From the NCBI GenBank assembly GCA_030265395.1, contig JARFYF010000074.1, positions 74,002,547-74,066,546 on the forward strand: a stretch of 64,000 nt of DNA, read 5' to 3'. The position numbers were made by a program, and so were the translations under genes. The notes beneath the pieces were generated by a model that did not search any database, was not told the origin of the DNA, and was given only the letters and a program-made list of their open reading frames with translations. Positions 51,300 through 64,000 of the stretch are shown piece by piece. Origin of the DNA: Rhina ancylostomus (Eukaryota). The number at the start of each line of letters is the position of its first letter. The first letter of the stretch is position 1.

Positions 51300-51980
51300 A
51301 TTTAAGCCCTCAAGCTCGTGCAGCATTGACTGAGATCTAAGCCGATCTATGAACTACCTCCATTTATCTGTGTTAACCTGCATCCTTAGTTCCTTTGACA
51401 AACAGCAGTTTTAGCAATCTCAGATTTAAAATTAACAACTGAGCTAACATCCACTGCCATTTGCAGAAGATGGTATAGAAATACATCCCACCTTCACTCT
51501 TCAAAAGGACAACCCCCACCGCCACCTGACCCCGCCAATGCTAGACTCCCCAAATAGTGAAGACAGTTTCTCCTTCTTCTCTGTCAGTGTCCCTTAATTT
51601 GTCAGAATAGTTGTCAAGTTAACCCTCAAGTTAGCCTTGAAAATCCCAGGGAATTCTGACAGCCCTTGTTTGTGTTGCCTGCCAATTTTATTGTCGACAT
51701 TTCATATTCCAAGGCCAATATATCCTTCCTAAGATGCAGTCTCCAGAAATTCTTAGGCGATGCAAATAACTAGAGTGCTTGCATCTGTTGCTTACCTTCG
51801 AGTCCCTCGTAGTCTAATCGATTAGAAATAAAGGCCAGCGTTCAATTAGCTTTGCTTGTGTACTGTGCATACGGGATTTTTTTAAAAATCAAACACATAC
51901 CTGAAATGATCTTTGAGCATCCATTGTCTCCAGCGTTTCACCATTTACTGTATTCTATCTTATCCAGTTTAGATCTAATT
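51300..51980 (-). mobile_element. decayed CR1 3' portion
   Basis: aaggccaatatatccttcctaagatgcagtctccagaa and ataaaggccagcgttcaattagc are antisense CR1 ORF2 signatures. Confidence 0.55.
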
Positions 51981-54900
51981 TTCAAATCATCATGAACACA
52001 AGCCTACATTTTCTAACTTTCCACTGTCTCAAAACAATTTCAGTAAAATATCCTGGGAATAATCAGTAAATAGGGCAATAATTAAAATAATGATGACTTA
52101 TAATCACCACCATGAACCTAAAAATGACAGTGCAATAACTAGCTCTAAGAATTTTGCGATATTTTGTTGTTTCTAATGCAGATACTAGCCAATATTTTCC
52201 TCATTTAGTTACACAAAGGATGGATAAACATTTGGTCTTAATCAAACCTGAATTAAAATCAACTGGTAATTTATTTATTCTCTTTACTACATTGTTCTCG
52301 GTTTAATTCAAACTTGATGATTTAACCCGAAAATGACTTCAGTATATAATTGTTAAGTCAATAATTGTTACGCCTGTTTTAAATATTCCTTTGAGTCAAA
52401 TGAAATTTGAAATACTTAGAGCCAGAGTAATAAACCTAAGAAATTATTTTCCAAAGAATTTCCCAAGTCATACCTCTGAAAGATCCCTAGTCTGTTGCCA
52501 TAATTCAGGTAACTGATTTTGCTCACTTTTAATGTATGCATTTACAGCATAAATTGAAAGTTTAAAAATGGTGTTACGGCACTTGCATGTTCAAATATGG
52601 ATTAACCAACGCAAAGACTGATTCTGCTGTTTAATCCTTTTGGGAATCATGTCATTAAAAAAAATGCTGTCACATTTTCCAGTTTAGGGACGAGAGTGTT
52701 AATGACAACGAATGGACAAATTGCCAAGTCTTTCTTTGTTTATCCTTTTTGAAAGTTAGCTCTAAATAGTAACTAGAAAAATAACATTTTAAAATAACTC
52801 AATAACAATAATTATAGAATAAGATCTCTTCAAGTATCAAAGAGACATTAATTGTGTTTGCTTTACTAAATCAATTAGATTACCATGCTGTTTAATCTAG
52901 CAGATTTGAAATGCTGTCATAGCAAATGCCAGTGAGAAACAATAATCACATCTCAATTAATTTTACAGGTATTAATAAAGAACATACCTTTTTGATACAA
53001 TTGCTTAAGAGTATACTGTATCCTCAGTAGATTATTAAAAGACAGCAGATTGATTTAATTTTTTTTATTTCAAATTAGCAATTCATACAGTGTGGTGCAA
53101 GACTATACAGAGTTTTACATGAATACCACAAAAACAGTTTATAACTATCTGTCTCCAACAACCATTGTGCATATTGTCAAACTGTACAACACACAAGCAC
53201 ATGAGCTTTAAAAACACTGTCTACATTTCTCAATTTTTTGATTCTCATCCAGACGAGTTCATATTTAGTAATGTTCACAGTGAAGAAAGTCCCATCATAT
53301 CAATCCAGAGTACCTAGAACCTAAATTAATCAATGTCACCACATTCGTGGCTATGTCTTCCTTCTTCAATGGCTGGTTACTCCCTCAACATGTCCTACCA
53401 TAAAAGTATTAGAACTAAAAATGTACTAGTAATTGAAAACTTTACTCTCACAGCAATTTTTAAATACTTCTGCAGTATCTTTTACAAGCTCTCAGCACAC
53501 TTATTACATATTCAATTTACAAATTTCAACAATATTAATTTGGTTGGCTGCACAATGTTCAAGTATATGGCACAATGCAGTCTTGCACATGCACTTACTT
53601 CTGCAACCAATTTTCAGTTTGTATTTATCAAATAGTTTTAATTGGAAAGGCTGCAGCATTCATTACATTCACAAAATTATTTGCAAAATCACCACATTGA
53701 ACCTTAATTTCTTTCAAATAAAGCATTACATTTCATAAATAATAATTAGATAAATGTGCACTCATTTTGTAGTATGAGTAGTCAAAGGTGATATCCTTCA
53801 TAGTGTTTAGTTCAGTCTAATTTCCTATTTTTTAAAAAATGTGAACTGATTTATCCAAATATTGATTAAGACAGTAGAAACAGCTCTTCAGGTTTAAAAC
53901 GTCATTAATTTATGCCTAATTTCATACCCTGTGATAAGTGGGGATAGTTCAATTTGCCATCTGACATCCGAATGAATCCCAATTGGATATATCTTTGGTG
54001 ATAATATTCAGGAAAAATTATCATACTCAAAAGAAATGACAAGGTTCAACAGAGCATCTGGCTAGTCATGTCAGAAAATGGACAGACACCAATAAAACAA
54101 AAACTCTTCTGCACAACACTTGCTCAGCAATAGAGGAAGACACGAGTAAATGGATTGAGGATTGTTGAGCAAAATCCTCAATCCCTGTGGCTGCAAAGAA
54201 ATGGTCACATATGTTGCCTCCTCGTCAGGATTCTTTTGAGCAACAGTTTATGTCCATTAAAAAAGCAACAATGGATAACTAAAGGTTCATGCAATGAATC
54301 CTTAATTTCTTTGTCTAATCAGAAACAATTTGTTTCACTCTCAAAAGCATTATATATACACATATTAAGAGAGTAGCTCAAGAAAAATTTGAACTACACT
54401 TAATTTCTGTTGGTAATAGGTGATTTTCAATAGCATCGTACGTATTAATGTTCTGTCGCTCATTAGAAAATAGTTAATATGACTTGCAATTTAATTGGCT
54501 TGTGCAGGACAACTACTTTGTCCATTAAAGTCAGAATGATCAAGTTTACCTTAGGATCCATTGTGCTACAGATACATATGATCATATTAAAGTTTAAGTT
54601 ACACATTCACATGACACAGCCTTAAATAAATCACTGTATATTGCATTATATAATCTAATATAAATTAGCATAATCCATACAAAATCATAAAGGCACATTA
54701 TGCATAATTGTAAAATCAGCAATGCACAAGTGTCAAGTCTTGATGTTTGATAGATTCTGTCGAAACAGGGCATGATAAAATTTTGTTTATGGACTCTGGA
54801 AGCTGGGAAGACAAAGGTCCATTGATCATCTGGGCTTTCTGGAATCTTCTATTCAATTTCAGGTGTACCTCCTTTATTTCAACAGTATATAAAAGGGAAA

Positions 54901-55519
54901 ATTCCACATATTTAAAGTAATGAAGGTGCCCCACAGTAACTAGTACACAAGTAGTTGAAGGAAGCAAATCTATTTGGGATCAAAGCTTGCTTTGCATAAA
55001 ACTATTTTCAGTCTCTGATGCGAGTAGAAAATTAAGTTAAGTCAATTCTTGTCAGATAAAACCTAGTCCCATGTATTATAATTAAAGACTGCGATCAAAT
55101 AAGTTGCACATCATTTACATGGGAAATAAGATGGGTGATTTTTAGCAACCAAGTGGAATACCTTCAGAAAGTCCCATACACATGTAAACTGTGATAACCA
55201 GTGTATAGTTTCCACTGTTTTTGACCTGTGGAACAATAAAAATCCATGTAATAAACAGTACAACCTATAAGTGGGCTGAATAGCAAAGTAACATCATCTT
55301 TTTAGAAAATCACAACTTGATTTTGGTGAATCAATGGGATTTCTTTTTTAACATTATAAGCTGGGTTAGCTGTTTTATAATTATTTGAGGCTTTGCTAGA
55401 GAGCAATTTACATAACTAGATGAACTTCAGACATTTAACAGGAACAGTCAGAGCATGAAGATATTCCTCCGGATTCAGTAATTAAGATTGCCGGTAGGGT
55501 TGATATGATAGGGTCACTT

Positions 55520-55670
55520 CAGAGACTATTAGATAGGCACATGGATGAAATAAAAATAGAAGGTTATGGGAGGTGAAGTAGAGAGGGAGATAGACTGAAT
55601 GGGGATAAGGTTTACATAGGTCGGCACAACATCGTTGGTTGAAGGGCCTGTGCTGTGCTGTTCTATGTTA
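55520..55670 (+). mobile_element. CR1 3' tip
   Basis: ttagataggcacatggatg...ggcacaacatcgttggttgaagggcctgtgctgtgctgttctatgtt; a shorter copy lies at ~57800-57855. Confidence 0.75.
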
Positions 55671-58600
55671 AGACAAAATGAACAACAAAAATATCAACTA
55701 TCACTTCTTGCATGGGCTGCTGAGGATCAACCTGCACCTGGTGCACAGAATTCACATTCATTATTGTTTATAAAACATTCAGTTAATAGCTCTCAACCTT
55801 GCATCTTTAGGCCACATAGGATAGTGAATCTACCAGGACATCCATCATTGACAGGGAATATTACTCAATTACAAAGGTTGGTGCAAATGGGGAAATTAAA
55901 GACTTGAATATTTGGTCACTGGAGAAAACAAAGGAAGAGGGGAAATCGTGAAGGCAGGCTGTGAGTAGAACTATAGTGTTCCTCCCCTTTCTGCCAAAAA
56001 GTGTATTTTAATTGTACTATGGGGACTAATCAAATTGCTTCATTGTTTATTTCCTCCATTTTCAAATGCTGATTTTCATTGCATCCAGTAATATCTGAGC
56101 AGGATTGGACAGGGTCGATCTCTGGCAGTAGTGATAAGCATCAGAACAGAAAGCAGACAGACTGTAACAGGCAGCAGAAACCAAAAGTTCAGAATTTAAG
56201 AAGAAATAGTTCCCACATCTGATTATTTATGGGTGATTTTTTTGGTAATGTCCATTTCTTCAGTACCACAATGTTCCAAGTATAGATACAGAAAAGCTAA
56301 CTAGGAGATATAGAAACTTTGTGTCCCTGAACGCATCATCCCAAAAGCACCTGTTTAAACTCAGTGTCCGCTATTTACTCAGACCAATCATAGCATTTGC
56401 AGCATACTTAATATACCTTGCGCCTTAAGAAGAGCAAATCAAATTTCTATGTGGAATTAATTCTGCTATTGCATAGTTGTGCAATACCTAATGATTACAA
56501 AGTCAAAGTATTATTCAATTGACACTTAAGAAGTTCATTCAACAGTTAACTGCTATTGAGACCCCCAGCTGTTGGCAGGAAGTTGAATTCAGAGTTGGCA
56601 GATACAGACATTTCAGTGTGTTGTGTTTCTAGGGCTAAGGATCTGTTATTGAACTTCAATGCTATTTTTTGAAACATGATACATAATATAAAGTGCAACA
56701 ACACGTTTTAAAGTAAATAATGGAATGTTACATATTCCTATAACTAGCAGCAGAGAAGTGTGAATATTCACAAGGCACAACAGCACTGTATGTATGGACT
56801 TGGGCAGGGATAATGATAAATTTCAGTACTTCTGTACTGTTCAAGTAGAATAAAACAATGCTGATTTACAAAACTAAATGCAAAATTCGGCATGAGGTCC
56901 TGTGGATCAATGGGAGACAGGTGGTAACGGCCACCAGTGGTGGTGCAGAGCAGGAATGTGCCTTCCAGAATAAGAACAGTGGACATCAGTTCAGAATATT
57001 CCACACATTTCTGGCCAAATAGGATATTGTCACTATTTACAGGTGGATGAAGGCTAAACCACCTATTCTCAATATACACAAGTTTTGAAAATTCATGAAG
57101 GTAAATACTTCCATTGACTTTGTATTAAAACTATATTATCCTTTTTTTTTAAATAAGGGAGTTTATAATTTTGCAGCATTAACATTTAGTTCAGAGAAAA
57201 CACGTTGGAAGGAACGTATTGAATTTCAGCTGATGTGTTCAGCAGATTAATCTATGGAAACCTTAAAAGATAATTTATCATAATTTAATCAAGAATTTTC
57301 TCTATTTTAAGGAATAACAACAGTGTTCAATATTCACAGGCTATGAAGAACAACAGGATAGATCCAGCTAGTGCACTTACATAGACAAATATGTGAATCA
57401 CCAAACATGTAGCTCAACAAATAACTGCAAAAATTATTGGCCATCATAACATGTATTTGCAAAATAACATATGAAGATGTTTATAGAAAATCAGAACTGA
57501 TCTAAGAAAATGCCACAGAATTCACTCAAGCAGCAAATAAAAAGATCCAAACAATCAAAAGATTTTAATATGTAGAAAAATATATGATTTTATACATTTG
57601 ACTTGAATTCAAGGAAATGAGTTGACTACACACTATATAACAAAAGGTGATTGGCTATGTCTTCTCATTGAACAATCTGATATTCTGACATTGGAATTGA
57701 AAACAGCTACATGGTTTACAATAATTACCAAGTTCACTAAATGCTTATTCCATGTAAATTCTGATGGCCCCATTAGCATCAGCTGTAAAAGATAACATCA
57801 GTCATAACATCGTGGGTCAAAGGGCCTGTACTGTACTGTGCTGTAATGTTCCATAATTATTTAATTAGACTTCTTCTAATAGAAGATTTTGCAAATCATC
57901 AACAGTACAAGAATGATCCTCAAGTTTATTTTTATTCCTCCAGCAAAATAATCTTCACTTCATTGAACATATTTAACTCACAATGCCTCAAAAGTCTGGC
58001 AAATTTTTGATAATTAGCCCTAGTTATATACTTATGTAAACGTTCATTTGGTAATTCTCCTAGAAAATAACTTGGGATGTTTTGCAACAATAAGACATTA
58101 TACCTTCAGTTTAATAGCTACAAGTGACAAATTGTTGGGCAAGTACAATCTCTGTCACAGTGAATTAAAATTTACAAGGAAGACGTGGATCCAAAAGATT
58201 GATGATTATTAAAATAATGTGCCTTTGCAGGTGTCACATAGATGCCATATTTGTGAACATTCCATTAGCTGCAACACAAGAGTAGATCACATATGATACT
58301 CCAATACCTTACAACAAGATCTTCCTTATCTTGTGAGAAAGTTTAGTCTTAAGGATAACATATTGAGCTGAATCACCTGACTTTAGGTCCATCTACCACT
58401 CACCTTGCAGTTAAAGCTGCAACAGTCAGTCCTCAGAAAATAGAGTCTGCCAAACCCCTGATAAAAGTAGGACAAAGAAACCTTTGGTGACCATCGAAGC
58501 ATGAGAATCACATGACCATCTCTTGTATTTCCTGAAGGTGCTCTGTCCTTTTCACAAATGATTAATATGGAAACCTTTGCTGACAATGGATCCAATTCCA

Positions 58601-59569
58601 CCTCAAGAAGGAGCACAACTGAAAAATGTCACCAGCACTTTCATTTCAATCACCAGAAGGAAAAGGTCTGAACATTTTCATAAAATATTGGGGTCAAGGC
58701 TGTCTTAATTGTCCCAAATTGTTTGTTGACTGGCATTTGGGGCACACAAGATTTTAAATTCAATTACAGCAACACTCTGCCTGGAGTACCCAACTCCAGG
58801 ATGGCCAGGGTACAGCTCAGATAGGGGCATTCAGCCACTCAGCAGTCCAGCAGTAAAAGATTTCAGCAGAACTTGTTCACAGAGTGGCAGAAACCCCACC
58901 CCATCCCCTCCACCGAAAAGGCTGGGAGATTCTATTTCCAGCAGTACCAATCTTAGTTAACAGATGGCATCCAGTATATTCATCAGCCAATCTGGGCACA
59001 TTCTAACTGGAAAGAAACAAAGTTACCAGCTTTGTTGGACTGGGTTGCATGATCCAGTCCATCATGGAGCAGGAGGATGATTATGCTTTGCCACACTAGG
59101 TCTAAGAAAAAAACCCCTCAAGACTATCAGTTAGCACACAGATCAGGAAATATATCAAATCCCACTACTAACTATCATATACTCTCAATGTAAGCTTATT
59201 ATTTTAGAGAATGTTAATATATTTTCTGAAAACGAAGAAACTCATTCAAAACTGACATCCTGGACCTTTCCTTTGATTAATTTAAATAACTATTATAAAA
59301 CAACCGTTGCGTGTATAAACATTCATCATAGATAAAGAGCAGGTAACTTCCCAAATGTGCAGCACAATGGAAATATCGTTTTGTTTGATGAAGAATTTTC
59401 AGTCAATAAAATGCTTATTCACCCCTAAAGAAAGTTAAATTGCCATGGAATTTAACCTAACTCAAATCATATTTTGTTACCAAAATCTGAAGCAGCCAAC
59501 ATGTCTTTAATATTTAAAAATACCCAGAACACGAGAAGCATGTTCGTACGAGCACACTATCACAAAATG

Positions 59570-60420
59570 AAGCAACCTCATCCCCAAGCTCCTTGACCTC
59601 ATACTCGGCACCTCCTTCGGCAACTGGATCCTTGACTTTCTGACCAACAGACCACAATCAACAAGGATAGGCAGCAACACCTCCGCCGCAATTATCAACT
59701 ACACTGGTGTCCCGCAAAGCTGCGCCTTTCGCCCCTTACTTTACTTTCTATACATTCACAACTGTGATCTGATTCTACTCAACTCCATCCACAAGTCTGC
59801 AGATGACACCACTGTGGTGGGCCGGATCTCAAACGACAATGAGACGGAGTAGGAGGAGGAGGAGGAGGAGATGGAGAGCCTAGTAGCACAGTGTTGAGAC
59901 AACAATATTTCCTTCAGTGTCAGCAAAACAAATCAGCTGGTCAGTGACTTCAGGAAGCAGGGCAGAGTACATGCCCATCTGTATCAATGGTGCCAACATG
60001 GAGATGGTTGAGCACTTCAGTTTCCTTGGTATAAATATCACCAATAGCTTGTCCTGGTCCAATCACATAGGCACCACCCTACCCCAGACATTCTCTCTTC
60101 TCCCCTCTCCCATCGGGCAGAAGATACAAAAGGATCAAAGCACATACCAACAGGCTCCAAACCAAGGACAGCTTCTACCCTGCTGTTAAGACTATTTCTT
60201 GGTTCCCTGATACGATAAAATAGTCTTTGTTATGACCATGCACCTTACTGTCTACTTGTACTGCATTTTTTCTGTAGCTGTTAAATTTTATTCTGTATTG
60301 TTATTGTTTTACCTAATACTACCTCAATGTACTGTGTAATGAATTAATTTGTGTAAACAGTATGCAAGACAAACTTTTTACAGTATCTCAGTGTATGTGA
60401 CAATAATAAACCAATTTCTA
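59570..60420 (+). mobile_element. Rex1/Babar-type non-LTR retrotransposon, RT fragment and 3' end
   Basis: NWILDFLTNRPQS.RIG...TGVPQ...KSADDTTVVGRISNDNE; VEHFSFLGINITNSLSWSNH; tail gtgacaataataaaccaatt. Confidence 0.85.
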
Positions 60421-60424
60421 ATTG

Positions 60425-60825
60425 AGCACACCAGCACCTCTACTTCCTCAGAATGCTAAGGAAATTCAGCACGTCCCCAATGACCCTTACCAATTTTCAC
60501 AGATGTACCTCTCTGGTTGCATCTCAGCTTGGTGTGACAACTGCTCTGCACAAGATCGCAAGAAATTGTAGAGTTGTGAACACAGGCTAGTCTATCACAA
60601 AAATAAGCCTCCCCTCCACCAACTTCATCCAGGCTCAAGGACAGTTACTATCCCACTGTTAAAAGACTCTCAAACAGAATTCTTGTATGATAAAGATGAA
60701 CGCTTGATCTCNNNNNNNNNNCAATGTACTTATGTTTGGAGTGATCTGTCTGAATGGCATGCAAAACAAAGTTTTTCACTGTATCTCAATACATGTGACA
60801 ATAATGAACTAATTACCAATTACCA
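60425..60825 (+). mobile_element. second Rex1/Babar-type 3' fragment
   Basis: ctctacttcctcagaatgctaaggaaatt (LYFLR.LRK), aggctcaaggacag, same tail gtgacaataatgaactaattaccaattacc. Confidence 0.75.
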
Positions 60826-61809
60826 TGGAATTCCAGGAACAAATTCTAGACTTTAGCATTTGTTCTTCTTTCCATAACTTCTTATGAAAACCAAGCTCCA
60901 CCAATGAAGGAATTATTTTACACTGTATTCCTAAATTTTGTTTAATGTTATCAACAACAAATATCTCTCAACCGTTTCAATACTTCCATTATGACAATAT
61001 CACACATTCTGACTGTTTCTGTTACACAAAATTGAAGAGAGAGCGATGATCTCCCAAGGTAATAGTTAAGATCCTTAACCAAAATACCATAAAGTAATGT
61101 ATCTGATAAATGTCCATAGTAACAATGTAGCAAAACAAATGTGTTAACAACTGGAACACATCTTTTTGAGTGCTTTGTTTAACACTTCAAGAACCAAAAG
61201 ACGTGAAAATTCTTGAGAAAAAATTGTCAGTGAATTATTGCAGGAATATCATTGACAATTCGGGGGTGGGGGGGGGGCGGTGGGAGAAGAGTGGAATTAC
61301 GAAATTACAGGGCCTTTGACATACCCTAAAGTAGTTACTTCAGTGCAGCACTGAAGTACCACCAGCTATTGGATGAGATGAATCCTTCATTGAAGACAGA
61401 TCACAGTCAAGGGAAATTGATCACATTTACCATGGAAAACAATAATTTTATGACTGAAGGAGAGATCCAGGTGAAAAGATACAAGTCAATAAGTGATGTG
61501 TTAATGAAGCAATAAAATAATTTAAATGGGCTCAATTTTAATGTGACAGAACTGAAAATCAATATTGTGTCAAATCTGACTAGAACATCAGTTAGACAAT
61601 TATGAAGAAAGAATGTGATTGAACTAGTCACCTACTTCAAAATGGTACCAGTAAAGTAGAAAGCCAAGTGATTATTCTTGCATTTCAATACGGCTGACAT
61701 TTAGCTTTGCAATGTCAAAATTCAAAATATGCCTTGATATACAAGTTATGCACTTGACATCTCAAACAAGTCTTTTTTTTACTCTCAATTTGAGACATTA
61801 TTTTTATAA

Positions 61810-61965
61810 AACAGAAAATGCTGTACCCAGAAGAGTAAGCACCTGTGGTATTTTGATGAAAGGTCAACCCGAAATGTTAATGGTTTCTCTCTGCTCAGAT
61901 GTTGTCTGACCAGCTGAGTATTTCCAGCACATTCTGCTTTCATTTCAGACTTCCACCATGCTTTT
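61810..61965 (+). repeat. decayed hammerhead-core short repeat
   Basis: ttgatgaaaggtcaacccgaaatgtt...cagatgttgtctgaccagctgagtatttccagca. Confidence 0.55.
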
Positions 61966-62231
61966 TTTACTTTTGAAGACCATCTTCAGCTGCATTATCA
62001 CCACAATCTTCCCCAAGAGCTTAGAAAGAATCAGACAAGTGCATTCGATGAATCATAATTTTGTTGTAGCAATCCAGTTCCTCTCTAAGCCTGGATCAGT
62101 TTACTGATTGATGTTATTCTATAACTTGAATTTACTGCATCAGAAATATTTTCACATCAGATGCTACAATCAAATTGACAAAAAGGAAATTCAAAAGTTA
62201 CTCTGATCATTAAAAGTAATAAGTTTGAATA

Positions 62232-62410
62232 TAGAACATAGAAAAACTACGGCACAATTCAAGCCCTTTGGCCCACAAAGCTGTGCCGAGCATGTCCCTA
62301 CCCTAAAAATTACTACGCTTACCCATAGCCCTCTATTTTACGTAGCTCCATGTACCTAACAGCCTCTTGAAAGACCCCATCGTATCTGCCTCCACCACCA
62401 TTTCCAGCAG
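62232..62410 (-). mobile_element. CR1 3' end
   Basis: atagaacatagaa tail, gccctttggcccacaa; reverse frame EMVVEADTMGSFKRLL; runs into an assembly gap. Confidence 0.8.
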
Positions 62411-63309
62411 NNNNNNNNNNNNNNNNNNNNNNNNNNNNNNNNNNNNNNNNNNNNNNNNNNNNNNNNNNNNNNNNNNNNNNNNNNNNNNNNNNNNNNNNNN
62501 NNNNNNNNNNGTTATGCCTTCCAGCCATACTTGAATGAAGGTTTTCATACCTGTAATTCTTTTTTAAAATAGATAATTCAGCTATTTATTCACATTAGAT
62601 TTATTTCTATGTCATCTGTGTGATATGAGAGTCAATCATCAGGTGGAACACCGGTTATAGTTTCCTGGTGCATCAATACATTCATGATTCGCTAATATGA
62701 TAATTAACTTGGTGCCTGGACTACTTTTGCACTATTTGACATTCTCTAATTTCAAAATGTCACAGAACTGAGCAGATGGTAGAGTGCCTCAAAAAAGACC
62801 ATTTCTTGCACTGTTTATCAGTCTACAGTTGGATAAACAGCACTGAATATATTCATGCCTGATGTAGCAATTATATAGAAATTCACTGATAAATATTAAG
62901 CAGAAAAGCATCTTTTTTGTTTATAGCAATTGAATGTACCATAAACAATGGGAGGCAATAGTAAATGAGAACTTCAGGAAGCGCTCAATGGCTATCAAAT
63001 CGTATGACGTAGGTGGGATTCAGAAAGTCGACACATCAACCAACTGCATTCACATGGAATTACTGGCAAATTGTTGGAAAACTGTACAAACAAAATATAA
63101 TCCTGATTTTTGGGAGAATATGCAATACAATTTGTGGGGTGTGGTTGTTGCTGGTAGCCCAGCATTTATTGTACATCATAGGTAGTGAGGACATCCTTGA
63201 ACTGCTGCAGTCAATCTGATGAAGGACAGGATGCTGTATAGGATGCACCGGGATCTCACCCAACATCTAGTGAATCCCAATACATTTCCAAGCCAGGGTG
63301 TTGTGCAAA

Positions 63310-63485
63310 TCAAAAGAACTGCAGATGTTGGAAATACTCAGCAGGTCAGACTGTATCTGTGCGAAAAGAAGCCCCATCTTCATTTTGACGAAGCACCTTG
63401 GACCTGAAACGTTAGCTCCATTTCTCTTTCTACAGATACAGTCTGAGCTGCTGAGTGTTCCCACAACTTTCTGTTTTTATTACAG
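63310..63485. repeat. palindromic short repeat (inverted arms around a decayed hammerhead core)
   Basis: Arms 63336-63360 and 63432-63456 are 24/25 complementary; ttgacga...gaaacgtt at 63385-63413. Confidence 0.7.
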
Positions 63486-64000
63486 AGTGTCATACAGTTT
63501 GGATGGGAACATAAACATGGTGGTACTCCTTTTCTCTCACTGCCCTTGCCTTTCTGGGAGAAACTGGTTGTGGATTGGGGTGTGATGGGGAGAAGTTGGT
63601 AGCCAAAGTGCAGATGGTGCATATCATGGTCATGTGGCAATGATAGAAAGTGTGAATATCTGGGTGAAGGACTTGATCCTAATCAATTAGGCAAGTTTAT
63701 CCTGGATTGCCCTTTGAATTCTAATGGAATAGGACTGACTTGTCAATGGTGAGAAGTTTTTATGGAGCCAGAGGTAAAGTCACTAACCACAAGATACCCA
63801 GTCTCTTGACTTGCTCTTGTAACCTGCCTGGTCCAGTTAGGTTTGTGGTCACTAGTGACCCCAAAGATGTTGATGACATAAGAAATCGGCATTCTGAATG
63901 CCAACAAATATCAAGACTAGATGGTTGGATACCTTCAATGCCTTGCATCAGTGGGGCATGAATATTACACATCAGTATCAACTCATGTATGATGTTTAAG

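Noticed and set aside
34407-64000. SCAF4 first coding exon (about MDAVNAFNQE) and promoter
   Set aside because: No matching exon or CpG island seen by eye; it is presumably beyond the window or in a gap.
1-64000. CRISPR arrays, operons or other prokaryotic systems
   Set aside because: The sequence is intron-exon eukaryotic DNA with no regularly spaced repeat-spacer array.

Overview
AT-rich vertebrate genomic DNA from a gapped draft assembly. The repeat content (CR1 LINEs, HE1/V-SINE-like and DeuSINE-like SINEs, Rex1/Babar, Penelope-type hammerhead-core repeats) points to a cartilaginous fish. Two genes lie tail-to-tail, as SOD1 and SCAF4 do in human. (1) On +, the last two coding exons of a Cu/Zn-SOD (SOD1-type) gene at 1277-1394 and 3660-3776. 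(2) On -, SCAF4 (CID-RS-RRM): 18 coding exons from 34406 to 10413 splice into one 3009-nt open frame, followed by a ~1.8 kb 3'UTR. Its first coding exon was not found, so 34407-64000 is probably intron 1. Main finding: the SOD1-type gene has intact frames, splice sites and all visible metal ligands (H80, D83, H120), but has replaced the catalytic Arg143 (Gly), the disulfide Cys146 (Trp) and the guidance lysines K122/K136. It looks like a candidate non-dismutase SOD1 paralogue. Also notable: two unrelated perfect 36-38 bp inverted repeats in one SCAF4 intron, a pure C31 polypyrimidine tract at an RRM exon, and a possible CID-only truncation route in intron 5. Exon numbers and residue numbers follow the human genes as recalled, not aligned by tool.
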